A stretch of DNA of 32,000 nucleotides, taken from the NCBI RefSeq assembly GCF_000023965.1, contig NC_013202.1, positions 420,001 to 452,000 on the forward strand, in the 5' to 3' direction. The DNA comes from Halomicrobium mukohataei DSM 12286. Lineage in GTDB: Archaea; Halobacteriota; Halobacteria; Halobacteriales; Haloarculaceae. This document shows, piece after piece, positions 1 through 8,296 of the stretch. The notes under the pieces are model-generated. The model was not told the DNA's origin, did no database searches, and was given only the letters and a program-made list of their open reading frames with translations. The stretch's first letter is position 1, and each line of letters starts with the position of its first letter. The translations under genes were made by a program, and so were the position numbers.

Positions 1-2
1 AG

Positions 3-1133
3 GACGGCGAACTCGGCTTCAACGTCCGCGTCGGCGGCGGCCTCTCCCGAAAGGAGCCCCGCCTCGCGCGTGACATCGACGTCTGGGTACCCCCGGAGAA
101 GGCGGCCGACATCGGTCACGGGATGTCCGCACTGTTCCGCGAGTACGGCGACCGCGACGACCGGTTCAACGCCCGCATCAAGTTCCTCATGGACGAGTGG
201 GGTCCCGAAAAGATGCGGTCGGTCCTCCAGGAGGAGTTCGTCGACTTCGAGCTTCCGCGGGCCGGCGAGGACATGCGCGACCAGTACACCTACAACGCCG
301 GGGGCAACGAGCACGGCGACCACGTCGGCGTCCACGAACAGCCCGACGGCAACTACTACGTCGGCCTGGACGTCCTCGTCGGTCGGATGGGCGTCGACGA
401 CGTGTACGAACTGGCCGAAATCGCCGAGGAGTACGGCTCCGGCGAGGTCCGGCTGACCCAGCGCCAGAACGTCATCGTCACGGACGTCGACAGTGACCGC
501 CTCGACGCGTTCCTCGACGAGCCGCTGCTGGACGACTACTCGCCCGATCCCCACCCGTTCATGCGGGGCTCGATCGCCTGTACGGGGACGGAGTTCTGTT
601 CGCTGTCGATCGTCGAGACGAAGAACCGACAGGTCCGCTACGCCCGCTGGCTCAAGGACAACGTCTCGCTGCCCGAGGGCGTCGAGGACTTCCACATCCA
701 CCTCTCGGGCTGTACGGCCTCCTGTGCCCAGCCCCAGATCGCCGACATCTCGCTGCGGGGCATGAAGACCCGCAAGGACGGCGAGCCGGTCGAGGCATTC
801 GACATCGGCCTGGGCGGCGGACTCGGGGAGAACCCCCAGTTCGCCGACTGGGTCGAGATGCGCGTCGCCGCCGACGAAGTGCCGGGCTACATCGAGAACC
901 TCCTCGACGCCTTCGAGGCCGAACGCGAGGGCGACGAGACCTTCCGCGAGTTCGTCGCGGACCGCGACGAGGAGGCCCTACAGTCCCTGGCAGATCCCGA
1001 AGAGACGAGCTACGACGATCCGTACCTGGGCAACACGAAGATGACCTGGTACCCCTACGCCGAGGACAACGACATGCAGTCCTCGCCGGCACCGACCGAC
1101 GCCAACGACGAGCCGCTGCCGTCCGACGACTGA
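3..1133 (+). CDS. Ferredoxin-dependent nitrite/sulfite reductase (siroheme/[4Fe-4S] hemoprotein), C-terminal 376 aa; the 5' end lies outside the window
   Basis: Frame 3 is open from base 3 (DGELGFNVRVGGGLSRKEP...) into listed ORF 123..1133. Cys motifs CTGTEFC (C-x5-C) and CTASC (C-x3-C) match the siroheme-FeS site of NirA/Sir enzymes. Acidic C-terminal tail. Confidence 0.85.
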   Translation, partial: DGELGFNVRVGGGLSRKEPRLARDIDVWVPPEKAADIGHGMSALFREYGDRDDRFNARIKFLMDEWGPEKMRSVLQEEFVDFELPRAGEDMRDQYTYNAGGNEHGDHVGVHEQPDGNYYVGLDVLVGRMGVDDVYELAEIAEEYGSGEVRLTQRQNVIVTDVDSDRLDAFLDEPLLDDYSPDPHPFMRGSIACTGTEFCSLSIVETKNRQVRYARWLKDNVSLPEGVEDFHIHLSGCTASCAQPQIADISLRGMKTRKDGEPVEAFDIGLGGGLGENPQFADWVEMRVAADEVPGYIENLLDAFEAEREGDETFREFVADRDEEALQSLADPEETSYDDPYLGNTKMTWYPYAEDNDMQSSPAPTDANDEPLPSDD

Positions 1134-1185
1134 CGGTCGTCGGCGTGTAGGTAGCTCTTTTGTACCGGCCCGCGAACGCTCTCGC

Positions 1186-1449
1186 ATGGCATCTGACGGC
1201 GGTCGGAGCAACCTCAAGACGATCGCGCTGGGCCTCGCAGTGCTGTTCGTGCCCGCACTGATCATCGTCGCGACCCTGGAGTTTCTGATTCTCACGGGCG
1301 ATCTGGTTTTGAACGAGCTGACGCCGCTCGAACTCGTCGAGTTGTATCTCATCGACCTCGTGCTGTTCGCTGGCGGTGCGTACCTCCTCTATCGACTCTT
1401 GCTGTACTCGATCGGAGGCCCGCTCGGCGGCACAGACGACGAGGAGTGA
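1186..1449 (+). CDS. Small membrane protein (two hydrophobic helices), hypothetical
   Basis: Listed ORF, ATG start, hydrophobic segments IALGLAVLFVPALIIVATL and LIDLVLFAGGAYLLYRLLLY, acidic tail. No recognisable family. Confidence 0.5.
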   Translation: MASDGGRSNLKTIALGLAVLFVPALIIVATLEFLILTGDLVLNELTPLELVELYLIDLVLFAGGAYLLYRLLLYSIGGPLGGTDDEE

Positions 1450-1609
1450 TACTACCGGCTGTAAATCTGTCACGGATTTCGCCACCCCGGGATGGCGAAT
1501 ATCTCATCGAAGTTACAGCCGGCAGTACGAGCGTCGCCGCGGTCGTGCAGTGTCGGCGACGGATCGGCAGTCACCGACGCTATAAGTTCGAGCCGCTACT
1601 GCATAGCAT

Positions 1610-1894
1610 ATGGTCGATCGGATCATGCGGGTCAACGCGTACACGACCTTCGATCTGCTGGAAGGACGCGTCAAGGGGCACGGCTTCGATGAAGACGCCT
1701 ATGCCGTGTTGAACGTCAGTACGGACACGCGCGAGGACCCCGACGCCGTCGAGGTACAGATCGAGATGGACAACACCGAGGTCGACGCCGTCGAGCCCCA
1801 CGCCGACACCGTGTCGCTGTCGCCGGCCCAGGCCCGCGAGATGGCCGCCGAGTTAGAGAAGTACGCCAGTAAAGTCGACGCCAGCGAGGAGTAG
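1610..1894 (+). CDS. Hypothetical acidic protein
   Basis: Listed ORF with ATG start and halophile-like acidic composition. No motif recognised. Confidence 0.5.
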   Translation: MVDRIMRVNAYTTFDLLEGRVKGHGFDEDAYAVLNVSTDTREDPDAVEVQIEMDNTEVDAVEPHADTVSLSPAQAREMAAELEKYASKVDASEE

Positions 1895-1962
1895 CGCGGG
1901 TTGAGCACGGACCGGTAGAACGATCCCGTGGTTCTTTGGTGTGTCGTGACATACCTCGACCT

Positions 1963-2265
1963 ATGTCGACCGATTCGCCAGGGAACCCTGCCTCCCGCGA
2001 GCTGGGCTTTTGCCCGTGTTGTGGCTACCGGACGCTGCCGGAAGGCCACCCAGGTTCCTACGAGGTCTGTCCGGTGTGTCACTGGCTCGACGACCCCGTC
2101 CAGTTCGGCGACGCCGAGTACGTCAGCGACACTAACCACGTCTCGCTCAGCGACGCCCGCACCAACTTCGAGAAACACGGTGCCTGCACGCCCGAGGCCG
2201 CAGACCAGACAAAACGGCCCGCCGACGCGCCACGTGACCCGAACTGGCCCTACGCCGAGGAGTGA
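1963..2265 (+). CDS. Cysteine-rich CPCC-domain protein
   Basis: CPCCGYRTLPE...YEVCPVCHWLDD matches the CPCC...CxxC pattern of the cysteine-rich CPCC family. ATG at 1963 preferred over the TTG at 1936 used by the ORF track. Confidence 0.7.
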   Translation: MSTDSPGNPASRELGFCPCCGYRTLPEGHPGSYEVCPVCHWLDDPVQFGDAEYVSDTNHVSLSDARTNFEKHGACTPEAADQTKRPADAPRDPNWPYAEE

Positions 2266-2344
2266 CCGGCGTCGAGGCCGTGGGACGGTGTCCCGTTCGC
2301 TGCATGCGCAACGATTAACACCACGTGTACTCCCATCCTAGACG

Positions 2345-3184
2345 ATGTCCCATCCAACGCGTACGCTCCCGAGCGGTGACGAGCTTCCGATCGTCGGCGT
2401 CGGAACCTGGAACATCGACGGCGACACGCTCCGTGATTCGGTCCGAGCCGGACTGGACGCGGGCTACACCCACGTCGACACCGCCGAGGGGTACAAAAAC
2501 GAAGACGTGATCGGCGACGTGCTGGCCGACTACGACCGCGAGGAACTGTTTCTCACCTCGAAGGTCCTGCCCAAGAACCTCGACTACGAGTCGGTGATCG
2601 CCTCGTGTGAGGCCTCGCTGGAGCGACTCGGGACCGACTACCTCGACCTGTATCTCGTTCACTGGCCCAACCCCGCGATCTCGTTGCGCGAGACGATGAA
2701 CGCGATGGCGACGCTGCACGACCGCGGACTGATCCGGAACGTCGGCGTCTCGAACTTCAGCGCCTACCAGCTCAGCTGTGCTCACCACGTCAGCGACGTT
2801 CCCATCGCGGTCAACCAGATCGAGTTCCACCCCTACCTCCAGCGGCCCGATCTCGTCGACTACTGCCGCGAGACCGACACCGTGATCGAGGCCGCCGCAC
2901 CGCTCGCCCGGACGGAGGTTTTCGACGACCCGGTGATCCAGGAGTTGGCCGAGACCTACGACAAGTCACCGGCACAGATCGTCCTGAAGTGGGCCGTCGA
3001 ACAGGACGTGGTCGTCCTCCCCAAATCGTCCTCGCCGGAACACGTCCGCCAAAACGGCGCGCTGTTCGACTGGGAGCTGGCCGCCGAGGACCGCGAGCGA
3101 CTCGACGACCGGGACCGCGACCAACCCGTCTACGACCATCCCGCTCGCGACTGGACCGGCGACACGTACGGCATCTCCCAGTAA
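2345..3184 (+). CDS. Aldo/keto reductase (2,5-diketo-D-gluconate reductase-like)
   Basis: GVGTW, DTAEGYKNE, LFLTSK, DLYLVHWP, IRNVGVSNF, NQIEFHP and VVVLPKSSSPEHVRQN are classic AKR signature blocks in canonical order. Confidence 0.9.
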   Translation: MSHPTRTLPSGDELPIVGVGTWNIDGDTLRDSVRAGLDAGYTHVDTAEGYKNEDVIGDVLADYDREELFLTSKVLPKNLDYESVIASCEASLERLGTDYLDLYLVHWPNPAISLRETMNAMATLHDRGLIRNVGVSNFSAYQLSCAHHVSDVPIAVNQIEFHPYLQRPDLVDYCRETDTVIEAAAPLARTEVFDDPVIQELAETYDKSPAQIVLKWAVEQDVVVLPKSSSPEHVRQNGALFDWELAAEDRERLDDRDRDQPVYDHPARDWTGDTYGISQ

Positions 3185-3287
3185 CGGGCACCACGGGTCG
3201 AGCCCACGCCGAGACGAGTCGGAGCCGTCGCACTCTTCTGACCGTCGATCCCAAGCGATAGGTGAGTGGCACCCCCAGCCCACGGTG

Positions 3288-3539
3288 ATGGACGCCGACA
3301 TCGACACCGCCGCCGAAGACCCACCACTGGGACTACTCGCCGTCGCCGTCGTCGGCCTGCTCCTCACCGCGGCGGGCGCGATCGCCGTCGTCCTCGACCT
3401 GGTGGGCACCAGTGACATCGTCCTCGGGGTCGTCCCCGCCCTGACGCCGCTGTTCGATCTGTCGCTGTTCGTCACCGTTCTGGGCGTCGCCCTGTTCCTG
3501 TTCGCGATGACCGAGTGGAGCCCGGATCTCGACACCTGA
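3288..3539 (+). CDS. Small membrane protein, hypothetical
   Basis: Three hydrophobic stretches. ATG at 3288 is one codon inside the GTG start of listed ORF 3285..3539. Confidence 0.5.
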   Translation: MDADIDTAAEDPPLGLLAVAVVGLLLTAAGAIAVVLDLVGTSDIVLGVVPALTPLFDLSLFVTVLGVALFLFAMTEWSPDLDT

Positions 3540-3607
3540 TAGCCCCTCTGACCCAGCGGACAGAGAGTGGCCGGAGCGGCGAACCCCGCCACGGACACGC
3601 GGCGATG

Positions 3608-3946
3608 TCAGTACCGGACAGTGTCGTCGACTCGCTTCCACCCGGGTGCGTCGACGAGCGCCCCGAGCGCGTCGTCCAGTTCGGACCGCGTCGCCCCGTA
3701 GAATCGCTCTCGTCCCACGGGCGTCCGCACCCGAACGAGATCCGTGTGCTCCGTCACGTGGAACAGCGACAGCGTCCACGGTCTGTTCGTACAGTCCCAC
3801 CTGCTGTGTACCGTCGCCTCGTCGTCCGCGACGACACGCGCCCCCAGCTCCCAGCTCAGCCGCGTCAGAATCGGGAGCTCGAACGGCACGGCGTCGGGGA
3901 GTGTAGCGCTGTCTTCGTCGCCGCGTCGAGCGCTATGAGCAACCAT
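3608..3946 (-). CDS. Hypothetical protein
   Basis: Listed ORF with ATG start and non-repetitive composition. It is the last ORF before the low-coding stretch that precedes the first integrase. Confidence 0.45.
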   Translation of the reverse strand: MVAHSARRGDEDSATLPDAVPFELPILTRLSWELGARVVADDEATVHSRWDCTNRPWTLSLFHVTEHTDLVRVRTPVGRERFYGATRSELDDALGALVDAPGWKRVDDTVRY

Positions 3947-4149
3947 ACCACGCTATCGGACAGCTGTGAGTAAAAGCGTAGCTATTCGCCGACGATCGGT
4001 AGCACTGTGTCGGACGACGAGAAGCGCTCCTGCAGCGTACAGAATTCGCTCACAGAACGTCGTTCGTTCCACAGAGCCGAAGGTGAAACGTCACCCTGAA
4101 GTACGTGAATCCGGCGAAAAACGGACCTTCGAAATGATCCGATATAGCG

Positions 4150-4163
4150 ATGGACTCGCCGGG
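4150..4163. repeat. 14-bp core ATGGACTCGCCGGG, copy 1 (candidate att core)
   Basis: Exact copy of 27280..27293. Lies 53 nt beyond the stop codon of integrase 1. Confidence 0.6.
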
Positions 4164-4216
4164 TGGTAGAGTGGAATTTAACAGACGGCGTGGGGTTGTG
4201 TTTGATAATCATCGTA

Positions 4217-5239
4217 TCAGATCTGCTCCAGTTGCTTCTTTCGAACCGCCATCTTCTCCTGATTCGTTCGAACGTCGTAGTGCTCGTAGAGCACTTCCAG
4301 CGACACGTCACAACGCCCGCTAACAATCTCCGGAGAGACGTTGCTGTTCAGGTGGTACGTGATACTGCCACGGCGGATGCCGTGGGGTGATCGAGACGAC
4401 GGGCACTTGCTGAGGGTTGCTCCGGTCCCGAGGGCTTCGCAGGTGGACGGGTCCGATGGGTCGGCGTCGTGGGGACACCCGCCGATCACGCAGGGCCGGG
4501 TGAGCTTGTTCACCCACTTGTAGATCGTATCTCCCGTGGGCCGGCCGTGCATCGACGTAATGAGCGGCTCCCGACCGTGGTCGTCAGTGCGCTCGTAGCG
4601 GTCGGGGTTGTCGAGGTAGTCGTCGATAACCTGGTAGTTGTTCGGACCGAGGTAGACCCAGCGCTCGCCGTCTTCCCCGTTCTTGAGTCGCGTGCCCTCG
4701 TCGATTCGGTGTTCCAACACGAGCGCATTGTCGTCGGGGCGGAGGTCGTCGACGTCCAGCGATCGGAGGGCGGACCGACGCATTGCTGTCTTCCACAGGA
4801 TCAGGAAGACGACGTGATCCCGGCTCGCGTAGCGGTACTCGTGGAGGTAGTCGAGAATCCGGTGTGCGCGATCTGCCCCGATGTGGACATCCCGACTCTC
4901 TGCGCCGTCGGGCAGCTCGGGCGCGTGGACCTTCTCGGCCAGCCCATCGTCAACGCCCTCGATGTCGGCCCAGTACCGCAGGGCTTCACGGATCGTCGAG
5001 AGTTGCTTCTGCAGCGTCAGTGCCGCGATGTCGGACCGGCGCCACGCCACGAAGTCGGCTAGATCACGGCCGGTCAGGTGGTTCAGGTTCTCGATGTCCC
5101 GCAGCTCGCACCACTCCTCGAAGAACCGGAGCCGGGTTTTCGCGTTGCGCATGGTCGAGTCGCGCACGGACGGCTCGCAGTGCCGGAGGTACCGTTCGAT
5201 GCCCTCCTCCGGCGAGAGATCCATCAAATCGTCGCTCAT
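4217..5239 (-). CDS. int: Tyrosine recombinase/integrase (haloarchaeal provirus type), paralog of 27346..28356
   Basis: C-terminal catalytic boxes RSPHGIRRGSITYHL (H-x-x-R) and LYEHYD (Tyr nucleophile). 82/112 identical residues, hand-counted, with the second integrase over LSPEEG...SRDVH. ATG at 5239 (MSDDLMD..) matches the paralog's N-terminus better than the GTG at 5269. Confidence 0.85.
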   Translation of the reverse strand: MSDDLMDLSPEEGIERYLRHCEPSVRDSTMRNAKTRLRFFEEWCELRDIENLNHLTGRDLADFVAWRRSDIAALTLQKQLSTIREALRYWADIEGVDDGLAEKVHAPELPDGAESRDVHIGADRAHRILDYLHEYRYASRDHVVFLILWKTAMRRSALRSLDVDDLRPDDNALVLEHRIDEGTRLKNGEDGERWVYLGPNNYQVIDDYLDNPDRYERTDDHGREPLITSMHGRPTGDTIYKWVNKLTRPCVIGGCPHDADPSDPSTCEALGTGATLSKCPSSRSPHGIRRGSITYHLNSNVSPEIVSGRCDVSLEVLYEHYDVRTNQEKMAVRKKQLEQI

Positions 5240-5358
5240 GCTCGCCTCCGCTTTCGCTTCCGGTAGCACCCGAGACAGTGCGGCTCGCCGGGGTAGCAGA
5301 ACTCCTCACAGCCCTCCGTGGCGCACTTGTCCACGTCCTCGATGACGCGGTCGCTCAC
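5236..5358 (-). CDS. Possible 40-aa Cys-rich (zinc-binding-like) basic-tailed peptide coupled to integrase 1
   Basis: Hand translation gives VSDRVIEDVDKCATEGCEEFCYPGEPHCLGCYRKRKRRRA. Its TGA overlaps the int ATG (ATGA). It has only a GTG start and is too short for the ORF track. Confidence 0.3.
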   Translation of the reverse strand: MSDRVIEDVDKCATEGCEEFCYPGEPHCLGCYRKRKRRRA

Positions 5359-5652
5359 GCGGACGCACCCCCGCGTGGCGTCGTCGGTCGAATGGCTATA
5401 CCGCTGGTCGGTGGGCTACTTTCAATAGCCCGCTCTGATTCGTACTTCATGGGTCGTTCAAATCCCTAGTCGGGGAATTCGACCCACCCGGCGTGTACCA
5501 GCACGCCGGACCTTTGCAGGTCCTGATGGGCGGGTCAAACGCTGATTAAAGCGCCCTCCTGAAATAGTTTACTGACGATTGTTAAGCAGTAATTGACGAC
5601 TATGCATGCCTTCAAGTGTACTTGTCGCCAAATACTGCTTATCGGTGATTCT

Positions 5653-5949
5653 ATGAGTCCTGCAACGCGAGATTCGGATAACATGCGCAAACAGGCGGAC
5701 TGGATGGTTCCCTCGGATAATCGGATTCTCGAACTCATTCGAGAGTACGGGAACCTCACACCGTCTGCAATCGAAGCCAAGGGCGGACCAGTCCGACAAC
5801 ACGCCAGTACTCGATGTAGCGAACTGGCTGAGTACGGACTTCTCCAGCAAGTCCACCGCGGACTTTACGGGATCACCGAGGACGGCATCGCCTACCTCGA
5901 CGAGGAACTCGACGCCAGCGAACTCGCTCCTGTCGAAGACGCTGAGTGA
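5653..5949 (+). CDS. Winged-helix transcriptional regulator, phiH1-repressor-like
   Basis: ADWMVPSDNRILELIREYGNLTPSAIE...GLLQQVHRGLYGITEDGIAYLDEELDASEL fits the haloarchaeal phiH1 repressor-like pattern as I remember it. Start is uncertain (ATG 5602, 5653 or 5683). Confidence 0.65.
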   Translation: MSPATRDSDNMRKQADWMVPSDNRILELIREYGNLTPSAIEAKGGPVRQHASTRCSELAEYGLLQQVHRGLYGITEDGIAYLDEELDASELAPVEDAE

Positions 5950-5956
5950 CATTTGC

Positions 5957-6193
5957 TTAGACCCTCGCCAGTCGTGCCGTCACGTCGTCGGCCCAGTCCG
6001 GTAGTTCGAGATCGGCCAGCGTGCCGTCCCGCCAACTCGTCACGATCTCCACGTCGCCGTCGCGGGTCACGTCGACGCGCCACTTTCGCCCATCGTCGGT
6101 GGTAATGTCGAAGCGTGCACCGCCGCTGGAGAGCGTCTTCACGTGCTCTACGGTTACCTCTTCGCCAGTGTAGACCTCCATGCTGTCCTGCAT
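5957..6193 (-). CDS. Hypothetical small acidic protein
   Basis: Listed ORF, ATG start, convergent with the repressor-like gene, GC-rich coding-like composition. Confidence 0.5.
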   Translation of the reverse strand: MQDSMEVYTGEEVTVEHVKTLSSGGARFDITTDDGRKWRVDVTRDGDVEIVTSWRDGTLADLELPDWADDVTARLARV

Positions 6194-6267
6194 ACAGATG
6201 AGTCAAGGGGTGGATTCGGGTTAAAAAGGTGCTAGATTTCCGAGAGATGTTGGATAATCTCATTTAG

Positions 6268-7056
6268 CTACTCCTCGGGCGTTAGTTGCCATCTTCTAGA
6301 ACTATCGAACGAACTGTGGCCGTTTCTTTCCATTTTCAATCCATAATTGGAGAGATCTGAAGATTCGATCGGAAATGTCACTACCTGTAGGTCTGATTCA
6401 TAGTCTCTGTCAGCAGATCCGCCAAATCTGGTTAAGAATCTATCTTCAACCTTTACTTCATTTATAATACTGTTGACTCCTTGCTCTTCAACAACCACTG
6501 GTTGGCCCTCAAAATACACAGATCCATTGTGCAGTAGACTTGTCTCACTCACTCGGTCGTTATATGCTGTTGCGTCTTCTGTCTGATCCACATCAACTAG
6601 AATTACCACAAATTGTGTCAGATCTTCTGTAACGTTGTCTCCTGTCAAATCCATAGGAACAACTTCTCCCTCGCCTGTTTCGATTGATCCCGTAGTATAC
6701 GCCCTTGTAACAGTAATCTCCAAGCCACCGATCTCTTGTGTGTCTCCTATTGAATGAGTTGAATTTTTGACCGCGAAAATCACTGCCCCCAGGCTTAGAG
6801 TGCCTACCGAACCAATCAGTATACTTCGACGTGTTGAGCTAATATCTTTGGACCCATCATTAAAACGACTATATTTTTTATAAAAATATTGAATCGCGGC
6901 CAAGATAACTGCAATAATCACAGAGATTATAAATGCGACTACAATGCCTGGTCCTAATATTGTGTAAATAAACGCAAAAGGCAGAATTAGGAGTCCTAAG
7001 GCATAGAAGAGATGGATGAGAAATCCGATTGGAGTGAATAAATACTTCAGTGACAT
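6268..7056 (-). CDS. Membrane protein: N-terminal TM helices plus an extracytoplasmic beta-rich domain; hypothetical
   Basis: Listed ORF in a visibly AT-rich block. Hydrophobic helices lie in residues about 8-60 and 78-96, followed by a Thr/Val/Glu-rich domain. Confidence 0.6.
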   Translation of the reverse strand: MSLKYLFTPIGFLIHLFYALGLLILPFAFIYTILGPGIVVAFIISVIIAVILAAIQYFYKKYSRFNDGSKDISSTRRSILIGSVGTLSLGAVIFAVKNSTHSIGDTQEIGGLEITVTRAYTTGSIETGEGEVVPMDLTGDNVTEDLTQFVVILVDVDQTEDATAYNDRVSETSLLHNGSVYFEGQPVVVEEQGVNSIINEVKVEDRFLTRFGGSADRDYESDLQVVTFPIESSDLSNYGLKMERNGHSSFDSSRRWQLTPEE

Positions 7057-7167
7057 ACCTGTTTAGTGTTGTTTTTTGTTAATAAATATTCCTCCTGGGG
7101 TGGGGTAGTAGCAGTCATTGGTGAATGTCTACAATACCTGCAAAAATTCTCGAGATGTCGACGTATT

Positions 7168-8220
7168 TCAGACGATCAGATTTAGGCTAAATGAAAGTTC
7201 AATATCGGTTTCAGTGACTGAATATTTACGATGTCGATTCTCACCTTCCACTTCGATCAACTCGTAATCCTCCAGCTTCGAGAGCTTCAGCCGCCTCGAC
7301 CGTTCCGAGATCGGCGTCAGCCCACGCCCATGATATACCTCCTCCGCAACCGCCTCGTAGCGGTCGTGCAACTCCCCAGCTTTCAGTCCACTGCCCACAC
7401 GAATCAGCTCGTACAGTAGCTGATGGTGGAACGGTAGCGACTCCAGATTTTGCTCCAGAATATACCGCTGTGCCCGCTCGTAGGAATCCGCCACATCGTC
7501 GGCCCCGATCTCGCTGTGATCCCGTTCCTCGGCCAGCAGCGCCGCCTGCCGCAACGACTGAATGCCCTTCCGAGCGACGCCGGCCACTTCGTCGGCGATC
7601 TCCTCCAACTGCTCGCGCGTGACCACACCGGACGGTAGCCCACGGCGCGCTCGTGCTTCGAGGATGTCCGCCAGTTCGTTCACGCCGAAGCGGTCGAGTG
7701 CCAGCTCTTTCAGCAACAGTCGTCGACGGAGTTGATTGTCCAGCTGCGAGAGCCACTGCTCTTTGTCGTGGCAGATCGCGACGACCGACAGCCCGTCTAC
7801 GTCGGCCAGCCGGTCCAGGGCGTCGGTGGCCGGCAAGTCGTCGGCCTCGTCGAGGATGACGATCGTCGGCTGGTCGACGCGCTCGCGTAGCTCGATGCAC
7901 AGATCTTCGCGTGGTGTGTTCGTCGCCGGGTCACTGCCGGGGAGATCGTGGAGGATCGATCGAACGACGCCGGCCGTGCTCTTGCCGAGGCTCTCGACGT
8001 GAGCCGAGTGGATGTCTGCGTGCCTGGTGAGCTTCTGGAGGGCGAAGCGGGCGAGCGACGTTTTCCCGACACCGGAGGGGCCGTGAATCAGTACGTCGTG
8101 GGCCTGCTCGCCATCGAGGGCCGGCTCCCACGCACGGGACAGGTGGTCGACGGCGGCTTCACGATGGAGGAGGCGACGCGGCAACTGCTCGTCTTCGAAA
8201 ACAGCGGAGTCCGTGATCAT
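7168..8220 (-). CDS. orc1: Orc1/Cdc6-family AAA+ replication initiator
   Basis: Walker A HGPSGVGKTS, Walker B IVILDEADDL, and a sensor/winged-helix-like C-terminus (LLYELIRVG...KLEDYELIE). The size and layout are typical of plasmid or provirus-borne haloarchaeal orc genes. Confidence 0.85.
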   Translation of the reverse strand: MITDSAVFEDEQLPRRLLHREAAVDHLSRAWEPALDGEQAHDVLIHGPSGVGKTSLARFALQKLTRHADIHSAHVESLGKSTAGVVRSILHDLPGSDPATNTPREDLCIELRERVDQPTIVILDEADDLPATDALDRLADVDGLSVVAICHDKEQWLSQLDNQLRRRLLLKELALDRFGVNELADILEARARRGLPSGVVTREQLEEIADEVAGVARKGIQSLRQAALLAEERDHSEIGADDVADSYERAQRYILEQNLESLPFHHQLLYELIRVGSGLKAGELHDRYEAVAEEVYHGRGLTPISERSRRLKLSKLEDYELIEVEGENRHRKYSVTETDIELSFSLNLIV

Positions 8221-8296
8221 CTCACCTCGGAGTGACGGCGGACGGGGGTAAAAATTAGTGCGGCATTTCCGGGAGAATTCGACAGGTGGGCTAAGA

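Noticed and set aside
652-1485. Long antisense or alternate-frame ORFs in GC-rich DNA, for example 652..1485(-), 2966..3598(-), 7241..7900(-), 15892..16644(-), 16702..17601(-), 18316..19140(+), 24526..25107(+), 27358..28122(+) and 31032..31610(-).
   Set aside because: Their translations are Arg/Pro/Gly/Ala-rich low-complexity strings. They overlap genes with clear family motifs. This is the usual stop-codon-poor artefact of high-GC genomes.
3982-4326. 114-aa ORF on the minus strand spanning the integrase 3' end and the intergenic stretch.
   Set aside because: It overlaps the integrase in another frame, has a non-halophile-like composition and no motif. The region 3947-4216 is better treated as non-coding junction DNA.
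5472-5492. GGGGAATTCGACCCACCC (5472-5489) resembles GGGAGAATTCGACAGGTGGG at 8264-8283.
   Set aside because: Only a 9-mer (GAATTCGAC) plus an inverted 6-mer is shared. Exact 9-mer matches are expected many times by chance in 32 kb.
5451-5536. tRNA-like signals near integrase 1: GTTCAAATCC (T-loop-like) at about 5456-5465 and an anticodon-arm-like hairpin GGACC-TTTGCA-GGTCC at 5508-5523.
   Set aside because: The T-loop-like string has no complementary 5-bp stem. The hairpin loop is 6 nt rather than 7 nt. No acceptor/D-arm cloverleaf can be drawn on either strand. I found no credible tRNA anywhere in the window, but a tRNAscan/ARAGORN run should confirm this.
8221-8296. Possible ORB/origin elements upstream of orc1/cdc6 (a G-run GGGGG and CATTTCCGGGA).
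   Set aside because: There are only single partial matches and no inverted pair, so support for an origin call is insufficient.
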